A DNA stretch of 64,000 bases from Eledone cirrhosa (taxonomy: Eukaryota). This document shows positions 47,087 through 61,896 of this stretch, piece after piece. Positions within the stretch are counted from its first letter, which is position 1. Every line of letters begins with the position of its first letter. Location: the NCBI GenBank assembly GCA_964016885.1, contig OZ024740.1:425010001-425074000 (forward strand), given 5' to 3'. The notes under the pieces were generated by a model that had not been told where the DNA came from, ran no database searches, and saw nothing but the letters and a program-made list of their open reading frames with translations. Position numbers and translations under genes: made by a program.

Positions 47087-47888
47087 ATATATATATATAT
47101 ACAGTGTACCCCCAATATGTTGGCCTATTGGACCTATTGGACTAGCATCCGAAACGTTAATGCTCTTTTCCTACTATATCAAGCATAAACCTAATATATT
47201 TCTTCATTGTACTGTGTTGTTTGCTTTGTTATTTCTGTTTGCCTTTTGCATATATACAGGGTGTCCCACAAATGTATACGCATTTCAACAACATTCTGAT
47301 AAATATTGCCTGTATAGGTAATCAAAGTTTGTATATATTTTCGGGGAACAGCTTGTGTATGTATATGAGGAATGATTAGTGAAGCCAAGTCTATGGCTGG
47401 TACATGGAATCAGTTGGTTGCGGAGTGAACTTCCGAAACAGGAAGCTATGTTTGTGGTTAGTTACTTCTTTAAAGACACATTTAAATAGCATAAGAGAGA
47501 GTGAGAGAGATGGGGGAGAGGTGGGGGAGAGTGTGGGTGGGAGAGGGGGTGAGGGTGTGTGGGAGAGGTGAGAGAGAGAGGTGAGATAAATGAGAGAGAG
47601 AGTGAGAGTGAGAGAGACTGGTTAGTGAGAGAGATGGGAGAGAGGTGAAAGTGTGAGAGAGAGTAAGAGAGAGGGGTGAGGGAGAGGTGAGAGCGAGAGC
47701 GAAAGATAGAAAGAGGTGAGAGTGGAGGAGAGAGAGAGAGAGAGAGAAAGGAGAGAGAGAGTGGGAGAGAGAGGTGAGAGAGAGAGAGAGGGAGAGAGAT
47801 ATGTGAGAGAGATAGAGAGAGATGGGAGAGAGAGAGAGAGAGGGAGAGAGATATGTGAGAGAGGGAGGGAGAGAGATGGGAGAGAGAT

Positions 47889-47970
<82 letters not shown>

Positions 47971-48193
47971 AAGAGAGAGAGAGAGAGAGAGAGAGTGTGT
48001 TCTATGAGTAGTATGACTACACACGTGTCAGTATCACTTCAACCTTTGAAGCTACATGACATTGGCTTGATTTTAAATATACCTAATATCTACTGAGAAT
48101 ACTTAACATTCTCTCGCTCCCTCAAGAATTTCTAGTTTGACAGTTCAAAAATATCATCTTCGCAACAACAACAACAACAACAACAACAACAGC

Positions 48194-48227
<34 letters not shown>

Positions 48228-48246
48228 GCAACAACAACAGCAACAA

Positions 48247-48277
<31 letters not shown>

Positions 48278-48607
48278 AACAACAACAGCAGCAGCAGTAG
48301 CAACAACAACAACAACAACAACAATAACAACAAAAACAACAACAACAACAACACTAACAAAAAAAGGAAAAGAAAACGTGAAACAGAAACCATAATTCCC
48401 CTATCGTTTCTCACTCGTCTTCTCTCTCTTTATCTCTCTATCTCTCTCTGTTTATCTCCCTGTCTGTCTCTCTCTCTCTCTCTATTTATCTTTCTCTCTC
48501 TCTCTCTCTTTATCTCTCCCTCTTTATCTCCCTGTCTCTGCCTCTGTCTCTGCTCTCTCTCTGTCTCTCTCTCTCTCTATCTCTCTAACTCTCTCTGTTT
48601 ATCTCCG

Positions 48608-48654
<47 letters not shown>

Positions 48655-49603
48655 TTATCTCTCTCTTTATCCCCCCTCTCTCTCTCTCTCTCTCTCTTTA
48701 TCTCCATGTCTGTCTGTCTCTCATTCTCTCTTTATCTCCCTGATTCTGTCTCTTTCTCCCTCTGTCTCCCGCCCCCTCTCTTTCTTTATCTCTCTCTTTA
48801 TCTGTGTCTCTGTCTCTTTCTACCTCTTTCTCTATGTCTCTCTATCTCTCACTTTCTGTTCCTCTATTTTTCTTTCTATCTCTGTATCTCTCTCTCTCCA
48901 TACCCCTATCTCCCCCCTCTCTCCCCCTCTCTCTCTCTCTTCCGTTCTTTGTCTCCCTGTCTTCATGCCTCTCTCTCTATTTCTCCCTCACTTTCTCTCT
49001 ATTTCTGCTTCTCTTTTTCTTTCTTTCTCTCTATCCTTCTTCAACATGTTATGTGAATCATTATGAGATAACTATATATATACATATTGTTATACTTTGG
49101 GAGGGTCATGTTGCCAATATACATACATATATATATACATGTTGCCAATATACATACATATATATATACATGTTGCCAATATACATACATATATATATAC
49201 ATGTTGCCAATATACATACATACATATATATATACACATAATTCGTCAGACAGTGTTCAGATAAGTAATCTCTTGGTGTATTTCAGTTAGTGACAGAGTA
49301 GAATTTCGATTAGCAGCTGTAGCCATGTTGTTTCAGTGACGTTTGTAATACTCTGGGGAGATGTGGTTAACTCTTACGATTCTGAGTTACAATGAGAAGA
49401 GCTTGCTGCTGGGGAACCACTTTAGAAGGGTTTCGGAGGACTGTATCAACTCCTCTACACAGTTTCGTACTTATTTTATGTATCTCTATCGTATGGTGTA
49501 CAGGGATGTAAATATAAACCAAAAAAGATACAGATACTTTGGTTCACTGAACCTATTTAGGCCTATACATACATACACATTACAGACACACACAGACACA
49601 CAT

Positions 49604-49779
49604 ATTCCAACCCGCCCGTCCCCTCAATCTATCTTATTTCTTATTCTTTCTTCTGATGAAGGAATAGCGTCCGAAACGTTAAGACCCTCTTCCTGCTATA
49701 TCAAGCGTTATTCCTTGCATATACTGTACCGATTGTGTTGTTATTTCTGTTTACCTTTTACACACACACACACACACAT

Positions 49780-49814
<35 letters not shown>

Positions 49815-49932
49815 CACATACACACACACACGCGCGCGCGCACATTCATTTATTATGACTAAATGGTGTGTCTTGTTAGTCGGGAATATCGCACGCTTGC
49901 TCACATAGCCATAAGACGAACTTTTCTTCGGT
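49604..49932 (+). mobile_element. Single monomer of the 295-nt retrozyme-like family; HHR at 49649-49684
   Basis: Near-identical to 23747-24030; a partial copy lies at 47139-47250. Confidence 0.88.
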
Positions 49933-50089
49933 TTTGAGTACTCTTCTCTCGCCCGTCAAATACATACATACACAAACACACACACACATCTATATTAATA
50001 TTGACGTATATTAATATTGTCCAGAAACCTTTGGTAATGGAGTAGTTATATATTGTGTTGTTCACTTTCTAATTAAATATATATATAAT

Positions 50090-50460
50090 ATACAATATGT
50101 TGAAAAGGTAACACACTAGAGAGATATACAGTGCGCCATCAATAAAACAGGGAAAAACCACCAGTGTATGGAATCTATAACCTATGGAAGGCAGAATATA
50201 GACACGATAATTAAAAATATAGTTATAGAGGTATTCATTTACGCTTTAATTTATATTTTTAATTATCGTGTCTATAGTCTGCCTTCCATAGGTTATAGAT
50301 TCCATACACTGGTGGTTTTTCCCTGTTTTATTGATGGCGCACTATATATCTCTCTAGTGTGTTACCTTTTCAACATATTGTATTCTAAAGTGCCCGGGAA
50401 TTCCTCTCCTTTGAGTACATTATTTACAGGGAACGGCGAGAGTCTATGGCTCCGTTAATG
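50090..50460 (+). mobile_element. Fold-back, HHR-less copy of the 18984-19601 family
   Basis: Arms 50090-50220 and 50253-50384; sense part matches 19346-19590. Confidence 0.85.
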
Positions 50461-50593
50461 CATCATTATATATATATTTATATTTATTAAAATAACAGAT
50501 TAAAGTTTAAGCAAAGAATCGCTGCTTTTACCGTTAACGGGATCTTCTTATCGAGTCCTCTTCTGATTTAGTCTTCAAATTTATTATTATTAC

Positions 50594-50625
<32 letters not shown>

Positions 50626-50629
<4 letters not shown>

Positions 50630-51218
50630 ACAAAACCTATATATTTGATAGCATCGATATGCATTTGTATATATATGTTACTAGATATAAATTCTTTATT
50701 ATTATCTCCAAAATATTTGTCGAGCAATACTGGCCATGACTGCTGCTACGGTAGTAGGCCGGCCGCTGTCTTATTAACAACCCACTTTCCACCGATTGAC
50801 CTCGATGTCACGTGTTCGATTCTTTTTGAATTTGCCACAGACACAGAGGCAGTGATTTTCTCAATGGCTAGGAAGTAAGAAAACGCTTTGCTATTTCCTT
50901 TTCACTGATTTATTTTTTAATAAGCTTCCAGTGTCCTCGCTTTGCCTGGAAACTTATATGAGAATTGACTTTCCTGATGACGGGATGTTCCTCTACACCT
51001 TCTTCGGAAGATGTATCTACTCCATTCCAGAAACTAATTAGTCGGAAGTGATATTTTAGTAAGTAAGTTAATTTTATAATTTTCTTATCTTACGTCTCTT
51101 ATATTATTGTTCTGCAACCCCATGCATTGAACCACAATGTTATTAAGACAAAACCTATATATTTGCTAGCATCGATATGCATTTGTATGTATATATATGT
51201 TACTAGATATAAATTCTT

Positions 51219-51222
<4 letters not shown>
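50626..51222 (+). mobile_element. Retrozyme-like element, ~518-bp monomer with ~77-bp terminal direct repeat
   Basis: 50626-50702 recurs at 51144-51222; TA on both sides; contains an HHR. Confidence 0.88.
50968..51049 (+). ncRNA. Type I hammerhead ribozyme with extended UUCG-capped helix II
   Basis: ACUUUC CUGAUGA C GGGAUG..UACACCUUC-UUCG-GAAGAUGUA..CAUUCC A GAAAC UAAUUA GUC GGAAGU. Confidence 0.92.
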
Positions 51223-51278
<56 letters not shown>

Positions 51279-51378
51279 AAATTCGAAGCTTCATCGAATA
51301 TTTGGACTATAGAAAATTAGTCTACATATTAGGGCATATAACCCCTTTAACGCAAAAAAAATGTTTTAATGTCCATTT

Positions 51379-52007
51379 TTCCCTCAATGTGGCTTATATA
51401 AAGCACATTATTTCCCTCAATGGGGCTTATATAAAACACATTATTTCCCTCAATGTGGCTTATATAAAACACACTATTTCCCTCAATGTGGCTTATATAA
51501 AACACATTATTTCCCTCAATGTGGCTTATATAAAACACATTATTTCCCTCAATGTGGCTTATATAAAACACATTATTTCCCACAAGGTGGCTTATATAAA
51601 ACACATTATTTCCCTCAATGTGGCTTATATAAAACACATTATTTCCCTCAATGTGGCTTATATAAAACACATTATTTCCCACAAGGTGGCTTATATAAAA
51701 CACATTATTTCCCGCAATGCGGCTTATATAAAACACATTATTTCCCTCAATCTGGCTTATATAAAACACACTATTTCCCTCAATGTGGCTTATATAAAAC
51801 ACATTATTTCCCTCAATGTGGCTTATATAAAGCACATTATTTCCCTCAATGGGGCTTATATAAAACACATTATTTCCCTCAATGTGGCTTATATAAAGCA
51901 CATTATTTCCCTCAATGTGGCTTATATAAAACACATTATTTTCCGCAATGTGGCTTATATAAAACACATTATTTTCCGCAATGTGGCTTATATAAAACAC
52001 ATTATTT
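51379..52007. repeat. 33-bp minisatellite (ttccctcaatgtggcttatataaaacacattat)n, ~19 copies
   Basis: 11-codon periodicity. Confidence 0.96.
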
Positions 52008-53202
52008 AGACTATTTATCTGTAGTAAAAGTTTCCCATAAAAATTTCAAATTCCGGTCATGGTTTATAAACAAACATTCACACGAATATATGTGTGTGTG
52101 AGTCCGTGTGAGTGTGTGTTTGTGTGTGCGCGTGTGTGTGTTGTGTTTGTGTGCATGTGTACGTTCTTACAGACATGCATACATAAATACATACATGCAT
52201 ACATACATACATATATACATATATATATGAATATGTGTATATTTTAATAAATATGTATATATATATAAATATGTGTGTGTTTATATATATGCATATGTGT
52301 ATATATATATGTATATATATATACATATATATATGTGTATGTGTGTGTGTGCGTGCGTGTGTGTCTGTGTGTGTGAGTGAATGTGTGCGTGTTTCTGTGT
52401 GTGTACGTATATATATGTATATTTATACATATATATGTCTGTGTGTGTGTGTATGTGTATATATATATATGTGTGTGTGTGTACGTATGTGTATGTATGT
52501 GTGTGTGAATGTGTGCGCGTTTGTGTGTGTGTGCATGTATATATATATATGTATATATACATATATATATATGTGTGTGTGTATGTGTGTGTATGTATGT
52601 GTGTAAGTGTATGTGTGTGTATATATACAGTCCTCAATACATGGATCAACACTAATCTATTGTAGAATATATTGACTCAATGTTTCGTTCAATGATGTGA
52701 AGCCATTTTCTTCCCCACACAGCCATTAATGTCAATAAAATTATAATTTTTCGGACAATTAACCTAATTTTACAGCTTAAGTACTTTTACATGTACATTA
52801 TGTATCGATCGATTTGACCTCCGATCTTAATCAGCCGTCTTGTATATATGGTACTAGATTCGATTAAAACTTGGAATAAGAATGTTTTTATCCAAAGTCC
52901 ATTGTCACATTTCGACATCGACACTATCTAAAGTAATAAAGATGTAAGAATTGCTTGCATAGGACCAGTGCCTCACATTTTAAGTTAGTTCGATTATATC
53001 GACACCAATAATTCTCTGCTACTTTACAACATCAAGATAAATGTACGACTACTTTTTATATCTCATATTTTAACTGTCTTTGTTCAAAGCCTGCCGTAAA
53101 GGGATTTGCCTTTCGCTGTATCACTTATCGCTATTCTAGAAACATTACGAAATGTAATATATATGATATACCCCCCCCCCCCCACACTAACACACACACA
53201 CA

Positions 53203-53710
53203 CCTTCTTCTTCTTCTTCTTCTTCTTCTTCTTCTTCTTCTTCTTCTTCTTCTTCTTCTTCTTCTTCTTCTTCTTCCTGAGAGGGTCGTGGGTGTGTGGG
53301 TGTGGGGGGGGGGTGCAGGTCCTGTCAGAAGCAACCATCTCCAACTGATCCGGCTGGATCCCCAATCGTGACCAGCCAAGCTCATGTATGTTATCCAACC
53401 ATCCTGCTCGGGGTCTACCCCTGGGTCTCTGTCGGTTGGTTTTTTTCCTGTGAAATCTGTCCAGCGATTCATTCCTGAGACATTCTAACTACATACCCAT
53501 AGTATAGGAGCTGTGATCTATCAATTCAGAGAAGTAGCAGCTCTACCTGGAGAGACTCTCTCATCTCCGAGCCATGCACTCTATCGGGGTAACGTTACTC
53601 CAAAGATACTTCGGAGGGGACCCTATTTCGGCCGCTTATATTCGCCACCGTATTCTTTCGGCCATTACCCAAGATTCATGACCATAGGTAGTGTGGGTAG
53701 TACGGTGAAA
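53203..53710 (-). pseudogene. 3' fragment of RTE-like LINE with (GAA)n tail
   Basis: Minus strand encodes YGHESWVMAERIR and RPRGRPRARWLDNIHELGWSRLGI..DQLEMVASDR. Confidence 0.85.
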
Positions 53711-53742
53711 TACTGGTGTTGGTACCAAATCAACACTCTGTG

Positions 53743-53773
<31 letters not shown>

Positions 53774-53796
53774 ATATATATATTATATATATCTTA

Positions 53797-53975
53797 AAGG
53801 AGATCTTAACGGTTCAAGTTTTTCCAGGAAAAACTTGAACCGTTAAGATCTCCTTCCTGGATATGTCAATATTTATAAAACAAATTTTGTATTTTATCTG
53901 ATGAGGGCGTACCAAAGTTTTGGTACCATTGAAATATACATAATAGAATAAATATGGTTTCATTATAAACATTTA
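53797..53975 (+). mobile_element. Short fold-back HHR element
   Basis: Palindrome 53797-53856; HHR 53890-53950 UAUUUUAU CUGAUGA GGGC GUACCAA-AGUU-UUGGUAC CAUU GAAAU AUAC AUA AUAGAAUA. Confidence 0.8.
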
Positions 53976-54159
53976 CCTGCAAAATTACATCTCATCATCA
54001 GCTACATCAATCTTATTCTTACCCTGAAAAGCCTACCTATGTGAAACGGGGGTTAGTGAATGCTATGGAGGAAAATTCATCTCCTTTGACTAAATAAAAC
54101 AATGAAGTTATGACTTTAAATGTTGTCTTAGGTAGCCCTGGAACGAATTACGGATGCAC

Positions 54160-57100
54160 CCGTGGCACATCTAGTGTGGGACGTCAACGAGTGGCTGTAC
54201 CAGTGGCACATCTCTTGTGGCACCTCAACAACTGGCTGTACCAGTGGCACATCTAGTGTGACACCTCAACCACTGTTTGTACCAGTGGCACATCTAGTGT
54301 GACACCTCAAACACTGTCTGTACCAGTGACACATCTAGTGTGGGACCTTACCACTAGCTACACCAGCGGCATATCTAGTGTGACACCTCAACCACTAGCT
54401 ACACCAGTGGCACATCTAGTGTGACACATCAACCACTAGCTACACCAGTGGCACACCTAGTGTGACACCTCTACCACTAGCTACACCAGCGGCATATCTA
54501 GTGTGACACATCAACCACTAGCTACACCAGCGGCACATCTAGTGTGACACCTCAACCACTAGCTACACCAGCAGCACATCTAGTGTGACACCTCAACCAC
54601 TAGCTACACCAGTGGCACATCTAGTGTGACACCTCAACCACTAGCTACACCAGTGGCACACCTAGTGTGACACATCAACCACTAGCTACACCAGCAGCAC
54701 ATCTAGTGTGACACATCAACCACTAGCTACACCAGTGGCACACCTAGTGTGACACATCAACCACTAGCTACACCAGTGGCACATCTAGTGTGACACCTCA
54801 ACCACTAGCTACACCAGTGGCACACCTAGTGTGACACCTCTACCACTAGCTACACCAGCAGCACATCTAGTGTGACACATCAACCACTAGCTACACCAGT
54901 GGCACACCTAGTGTGACACATCAACCACTAGCTACACCAGTGGCACATCTAGTGTGACACCTCAACCACTAGCTACACCAGTGGCACACCTAGTGTGACA
55001 CCTCAACCACTAGCTACACCAGCAGCACATCTAGTGTGACACATCAACCACTAGCTACACCAGTGGCACACCTAGTGTGACACATCAACCACTAGCTACA
55101 CCAGTGGCACACCTAGTGTGACACATCAACCACTAGCTACACCAGTGGCACACCTAGTGTGACACCTCAACCACTAGCTACACCAGCAGCACATCTAGTG
55201 TGACACATCAACCACTAGCTACACCAGTGGCACACCTAGTGTGACACATCAACCACTAGCTACACCAGTGGCACATCTAGTGTGACACCTCAACCACTAG
55301 CTACACCAGCAGCACATCTAGTGTGACACCTCAACCACTATCTGTACCAGTGGCACATCTAGTGTGACACCTCAACCACTGTCTGTACCAGCGGCACATC
55401 TAGTGTTCCACCTCAACCACTGTCTGTAGCAGTGGCACATCTAGTGTGCCACCTCAACCACTGTCTGTACCAGCGGCACATCTAGTGTGCCACCTCAACC
55501 ACTATCTGTAGCAGTGGCACATCTAGTGTGCCACCTCAACCACTGTCTGTACCAGCGGCACATCTAGTGTGACACCTCAACCACTGTCTGTACCAGCGGC
55601 ACATCTAGTGTTCCACCTCAACCACTATCTGTACCAGTGGCACATCTAGTGTGACACCTCAACCACTGTCTTTACCAGCGTCCCATCTAGTGTGCCACAC
55701 CAACCACTGTCTGTAGCAGCAGCACGTCTAGTGTGACACCTCAACCACTGTCTGTACCAGCGGCACATCTAGTGTTCCACCTCAACCACTATCTGTACCA
55801 GTGGCACATCTAGTGTGACACCTCAACCACTGTCTTTACCAGCGTCCCATCTAGTGTGCCACACCAACCACTGTCTGTAGCAGCAGCACGTCTAGTGTGA
55901 CACCTCAACCACTGTCTGTACCAGCGGCACATCTAGTGTGACACCTCAACTACTGTCTGTACCAGCGGCACATCTAGTGTGCCACACCAACCACTGTCTG
56001 TAGCAGCAGTACATCTAGTGTGACACCTCAACCACTGTCTGTAGCAGCAGCACGTCTAGTGTGACACCTCAACCACTGTCTGTAGCAGTGGCACATCTAG
56101 TGTGACACCTCAACCACTGTCTGTACCAGCGTAACATCTAGTGTGCCACCTCAACCACTGTCTTTACCAGCGGCACATCTAGTGTGCCTCCTCAACTACT
56201 GTCTGTAGCAGCAGCACATCTAGTGTGACACATCAACCACTGTCTGTAGCAGCGGCACATCTAGTGTGACGCCTCAACTACTGTCTGTACCAGCGGCACA
56301 TCTAGTGTGACACCTCAACCACTGTCTGTACCAGCGGCACATCTAGTGTGACACCTCAACCACTGTCTGTACCAGCGGCACATCTAGTGTGCCACCTCAA
56401 CCACTGTCTGTAGCAGCAGCACATCTAGTGTGACACATCAACCACTGTCTGTACCAGCGGCACATCTAGTGTGACACCTCTACCACTGTCTGTACCAGTG
56501 GCACATCTAGTGTGCCACCTCAACCACTGTCTGTACCAGCGGCACATCTAGTGTGACGCCTCAACTACTGTCTTTAACAGCGGAACATCTAGTGTGCCAC
56601 TTCAACCACTGTCTGTACCAACGGCACATCTAGTGTGACGCCTCAACTACTGTCTTTATCAGCGGCACATCTAATGTGCCACCTCAACCACTGTCTGTAG
56701 CAGCAGCACATCTAGTGTGACACCTCAACCACTGTCTGTAACAGCGGCACATCTAGTGTGACACCTGAACCACTATCTGTACCAGCGGCACATCTAGTGT
56801 GACACCTCTACCACTGTCTGTAACAGCGGCACATCTAGTGTGACACCTGAACCACTATCTGTACCAGCGGCACATTTAGTGTGCCACCTCAACCACTGTC
56901 TGTACCAGCGGCACATCTAGTGTGCCACCTCAACCACTGTCTGTACCAGCGACACATCTAGTGTGACACCTCAACCACTGTCTGTACCAGCGGCACATCT
57001 AGTGTGACACCTCAACCACTGTCTGTAGCAGTGGCACATCTAGTGTGACACCTCAACTACTGTCTTTAGCAGCGGCACATCTAGTGTGCCACCTCAACCA

Positions 57101-57872
57101 CTGTCTGTAGCAGCGGCACATCTAGTGTGACACCTCAACCACTGACTGTAGCAGCGGCACATCTAGTGTGCCACCTCACCCACTGTCTGTACCAGCGGCA
57201 CATCTAGTGTGCCACCTCAACCACTATCTGTACCAGCAGCACATCTAGTGTGCCACCCCAACCACTGTCTGTAGCAGCGGCACATCTAGTGTGACACCTC
57301 AACCACTGACTGTACCAGCGGCACATCTAGTGTGCCACCTCAACCACTATCTGTAGCAGCAGCACATCTAGTGTGCCACCTCAACCACTGTCTGTACCAG
57401 TGGCACATCTCTTGTGGCACCTCAACCACTGTCTGTACCAGTGGCACATCTAGTGTGACACCTCAACTACTGTCTTTACCAGTGGCACATCTAGTGTGAC
57501 ACCTCAACCACTGTCTGTACCAGCGGCACATCTAGTGTGACACCTCAACCACTGTCTGTAGCAGCGGCACATCTAGTGTGACACCTCAACCACTGTCTGT
57601 ACCAGCGGCACATCTAGTGTGCCACCTCAACCACTGTCTGTAGCAGCGGCACATCTAGTGTGACACCTCAACTACTGTCTTTACCAGTGGCACATCTAGT
57701 GTGACACCTCAACCACTGTCTGTAGCAGTGGCACATTTAGTGTGACACCTCAACCACTGTCTGTAGCAGCGGCACATCTAGTGTGACACCTCAACCACTG
57801 TCTGTACCAGCGGCACATCTAGTGTGACACCTCAACCACTGTCTGTACCAGCGGCACATCTAGTGTGCCACT
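54160..57872. repeat. 41-bp minisatellite (ccagtggcacatctagtgtgacacctcaaccactgtctgta)n, ~90 copies, two sequence sub-domains
   Basis: Units start at 54241, 54282, 54323...; agctaca variant confined to ~54350-55310. Confidence 0.97.
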
Positions 57873-59570
57873 GACACAACTGACTACGCCAGTTGCGGAA
57901 CACATCTCATGTATATGTGGTGTGTGTGTAGTGGTGTGTGTGTGTGTGTAGGGTGTGTATTGGGTGTGTGTGTGTAGTGTGTGTGTAGGGTGTGTGTTTG
58001 GTGTGTGTTGGGTGTGTGTAGGGTGTGTTTGGTGTGTGTTGGGTGTGTGTAGGATGTGTGTGTGTATATGTAGTGTGTGTAGGTGTAGTGTGTGTAGGTG
58101 TAGTGTATGTGTATGTGTATCTGTATGTGTGTGTGTAGTGTGTGTAGGTGTAGTGTGTGTAGGTGTAGTGTGTGTGTGTGTATGTGTGTGTATGCGTGTG
58201 TGTGTAGTGTGCGTAGGTGTAGTGTGTGAAGGTGTAGTGTGTGTGTGTGTAGTGTGTGTAGGTGTAGTGTGTGTAGGTGTAGTGTGTGTGTGTGTGTAGT
58301 GTCTGTAGGTGTAGTGTGTGTGTGTGTGTAGGTGTAGTGTGTGTAGGTGCAGTGTGTGTGTATGTGTATGTATAGTGTGTGTAATGTGTGTGTGTGTGTG
58401 TATGTATGTGTGTGTGTAGGGAGGGGTGTGATTTACCACTCTATTTTTCACACTCTGATTAGTCAGTTACAGAATATAGCAATATTTGAGAAGACATAAA
58501 TATTGATTCTGATCTTTGATTAGTTTTAAGAGAAAATGGTTTACCAATTAATGGCAAACGTATTGTCAGTAGTTACATAATCAAGTTTGGCTATTCTGAA
58601 TTATTTATTCAAAATGACATTGCCATACTTTCCTTCCTGCAGCCCTACAACAACAATAAATTAACCACAAAAAATAACCAATCAAAGAAAGAGGACCAAT
58701 TTCCCCTCCGCCTTCCCACAAAAGACCCCCTCATAACAATTAAATTAAATACAGCCGTGACAAGATTTGAGAACATCTCTCCGCCTTCAATGTTTTCCAA
58801 AACAAAGCTACTGCGGGCAGACTGAACTCCTCTGCAGACGCTACCCAACATCTCATCACCCCATTCCCATCATTACTGCTTTTATCACCCTCACAACTAC
58901 CATTACCACTACAACTACCACTACAACTACAACTACCATTACCACTACCCCTACCACTACAACTACAACTACCATTACCACTGCCACTACCACTACCACT
59001 ACAACTACCATTACCACTACCCCTACCACTACAACTACAACTACCATTACCATTACCACTGCCACTACCACTACCACTACAACTACCATTACCATTACCA
59101 CTACCACTACTACACCACTACAACTACCACTACAACTATAACTACCATTACCACTACCACTACCACTACAACTACCACTACCACTACCACTACAGCTACC
59201 ACTACAACTACAACTACCATTACCACTACCACTACCACCACCAATACAACTACCACTACAACTACCATTACCACTACCACTACCACTATCCCTACCACCA
59301 CCACTACAACTACCACTACAACTACCATTACCACTACCACTACCACTCCCACTACCACCACCACTACAACTACCACTACCACTACCACTTCCACTTCCAT
59401 TACCACTACAACTACCACTACCACTACCACTACCACCATCACACAAAGGCCGTGAACAAGAAAAAAATGTCGATGTATGAATGAATATAAAAATATATAT
59501 ATATATATATATATATACATACATACGTATATGAGTCTACGTGTGCACATATATACGTATATGTGTGTAC

Positions 59571-59637
<67 letters not shown>

Positions 59638-60043
59638 CACACATATATATAGCAAAACACTCATGTGTCAAAGAAAACGACATTTTTGCATCGAAGCGAT
59701 GAAGGGAAATCTGTTTTTGCCGCGTGTTAACATTTCAAGAGCACAATTCGCAAATCCAATCAAAGACCTGAACAGAGAGAAGAAAGCAGAAAGAGATTTG
59801 ATTTTGGTATAATTGGATCTTGGACAGCTTGTCAACAAGATTTGAAGAATTTGCCAGCCAATATATATATAGCATTGATCAAGAAACGAGCCAAGCAGAT
59901 TGATGTCAATGACACATCGAATTTCCACAGCAGTTGCACAACATCAAGAAGAATTGAAAACGGCTGGACACCTCATACCGACAATAGCAGTTATCGTTCT
60001 TGGTGGTATATATTCAATTGTTCTTTACTTCTCTCTCTCTCTC

Positions 60044-60094
<51 letters not shown>

Positions 60095-60231
60095 CCTCTC
60101 TCTCTCTTCTCTCTCTCTCTCTCTCTCTCTACGTTTCTCCTTCTCCCTCTTTCTCCTTTCTCATCATTTTGGTGTCTCTGCTTCTTTCCAGGAAAACTGT
60201 GGTTTTTCACACGAATGAATTATCTCTTGAA

Positions 60232-60298
<67 letters not shown>

Positions 60299-60333
60299 TC
60301 AGTGTTAACAATGGAGATGGCTAGATAGAAAAA

Positions 60334-60369
<36 letters not shown>

Positions 60370-60456
60370 CATATTTATATTATACATACATATATATATA
60401 TATAAATTATCCATATATAATATTATACATATATATTATACATACATACATATATT

Positions 60457-60499
<43 letters not shown>

Positions 60500-60756
60500 A
60501 TATATATAAAGAGGGAGAGTGAGAGAGACAGAAAGGGAGAGAGTGTGGGAGAAATATTTTGTGTGTATATTTTCTTGTATATTCTTTTTCTACATGTTCT
60601 CCATGGACATCTGATTCGCGTTCCTCCAATTTTGTTCAGAATAATTTACAGTGAAAATCTTTTCTTTCCATTCAGAGGCGACCACTACTGAACAAGAAGT
60701 GAGTTTATCACAAAGTCATGCTACGTACTAGTTTCAATTCCCAGTTCTTTTATGTC

Positions 60757-61060
60757 TGTGACTAACCCAGATACTGTTGTACGACGGGCTGAGGAGGCCA
60801 AACTCTCCAAGTACCGTTCGCTCTCCGACAGGTTCCCGGTCGTGCCCTTGGCAGTGGAGACTTCTGGTGTCCTCGGCCCTAGGGCTACCTCCCTATTCAC
60901 CACCATAGGCGCTGAGCTGACCAGCCGCAGATGTGAGTCTCGCGAGTTGGAATGGCTCTTCCAGCGCATTTCCCTTACCATCCTCCGGGGAAACGCCTTC
61001 TCCATCCTGTCCGCCGGGGCTGTGGGGAGGCCAGCACGTGGGACCCATTTGCTCACCTTA
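60757..61060 (+). pseudogene. CRE-like retrotransposon 3' fragment (restriction-like endonuclease C-terminus)
   Basis: AEEAKLSKYRSLSDRFPVVPLAVETSGVLG...WLFQRISLTILRGNAFSIL. Confidence 0.8.
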
Positions 61061-61896
61061 CGGATTAATAGGTAAAGTTATAAACTATTGTAAATAAATA
61101 ATTATTGTGGCTTGCTGCATATTACCAAGTTATATTTGACAAAGCTGTTTATACAGAAATAAAACACACTGTGAAAGGGAACAGAAAAAATAGGAAATGA
61201 AAAGGAGAAAAAGGAAAATAGAATCAAGCAATGAAAAAGAGGGAGAGGAGGAGGGCACACTTTACTTCAGTCTGAGTAGTGCCTCAGCCACGTCCCACGG
61301 ACAAAATGGTAAAGGCATTACTGCGGAGAATGGCCAGAGACACCTGCCACCCCACATGTTGAAATCAATTTTGCTATTTTGTTTCATCCTCTCAAAGAAT
61401 AACTTTTGTAATAGCATCATGAGGTTTGAGTCATTGTACCGTTATGAAGCGAGAACATCTATTTTGTTATTTTACTCTCGACTTTGACTTTCAAGTGTTA
61501 ACGTGATCGCTGTGCAGTACTGGGTTTACCAAGAAAGAAGACAAGTATATCCTACGGACTACACATTTTCAAGGACCACGCATTAAATGCTTCATTACTA
61601 TTAGTACTATATTGAATCTTGCTTTCAAATTTTATGAATGACTTGGTGTTTAAGTTTTATACAACACGCGGAATACTAACGAGATTCCATAAACTTTAAG
61701 AGGGTCGACTAAAAATCTCATACTCTCATGGAATGACCAAATGAGGTTTATCTTTCAACATAGTCTCTGGAAAGAAACAATACAGTTATTAATAAGAGGA
61801 GTTGAAATGAATGCATGCAAGATTTCACAGCTATAGCATCACTCCTTCATAGTCAGCTTATGAACTGTTCCGCCAACCCTCGTACATTAAGTTTAA

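Noticed and set aside
48137-49066. Poly-Asn / Ser-Leu 309-aa ORF
   Set aside because: (AAC)n and (CT)n microsatellites
51197-52009. 270-aa repeat ORF
   Set aside because: 33-bp minisatellite translation
58630-58860. Possible host exon after a ttccttcctgcag acceptor
   Set aside because: No recognisable protein motif or donor site; runs into trinucleotide repeat
61698-61885. Mariner-type MITE remnant ending in ccctcgta
   Set aside because: Left TIR too decayed to support by eye
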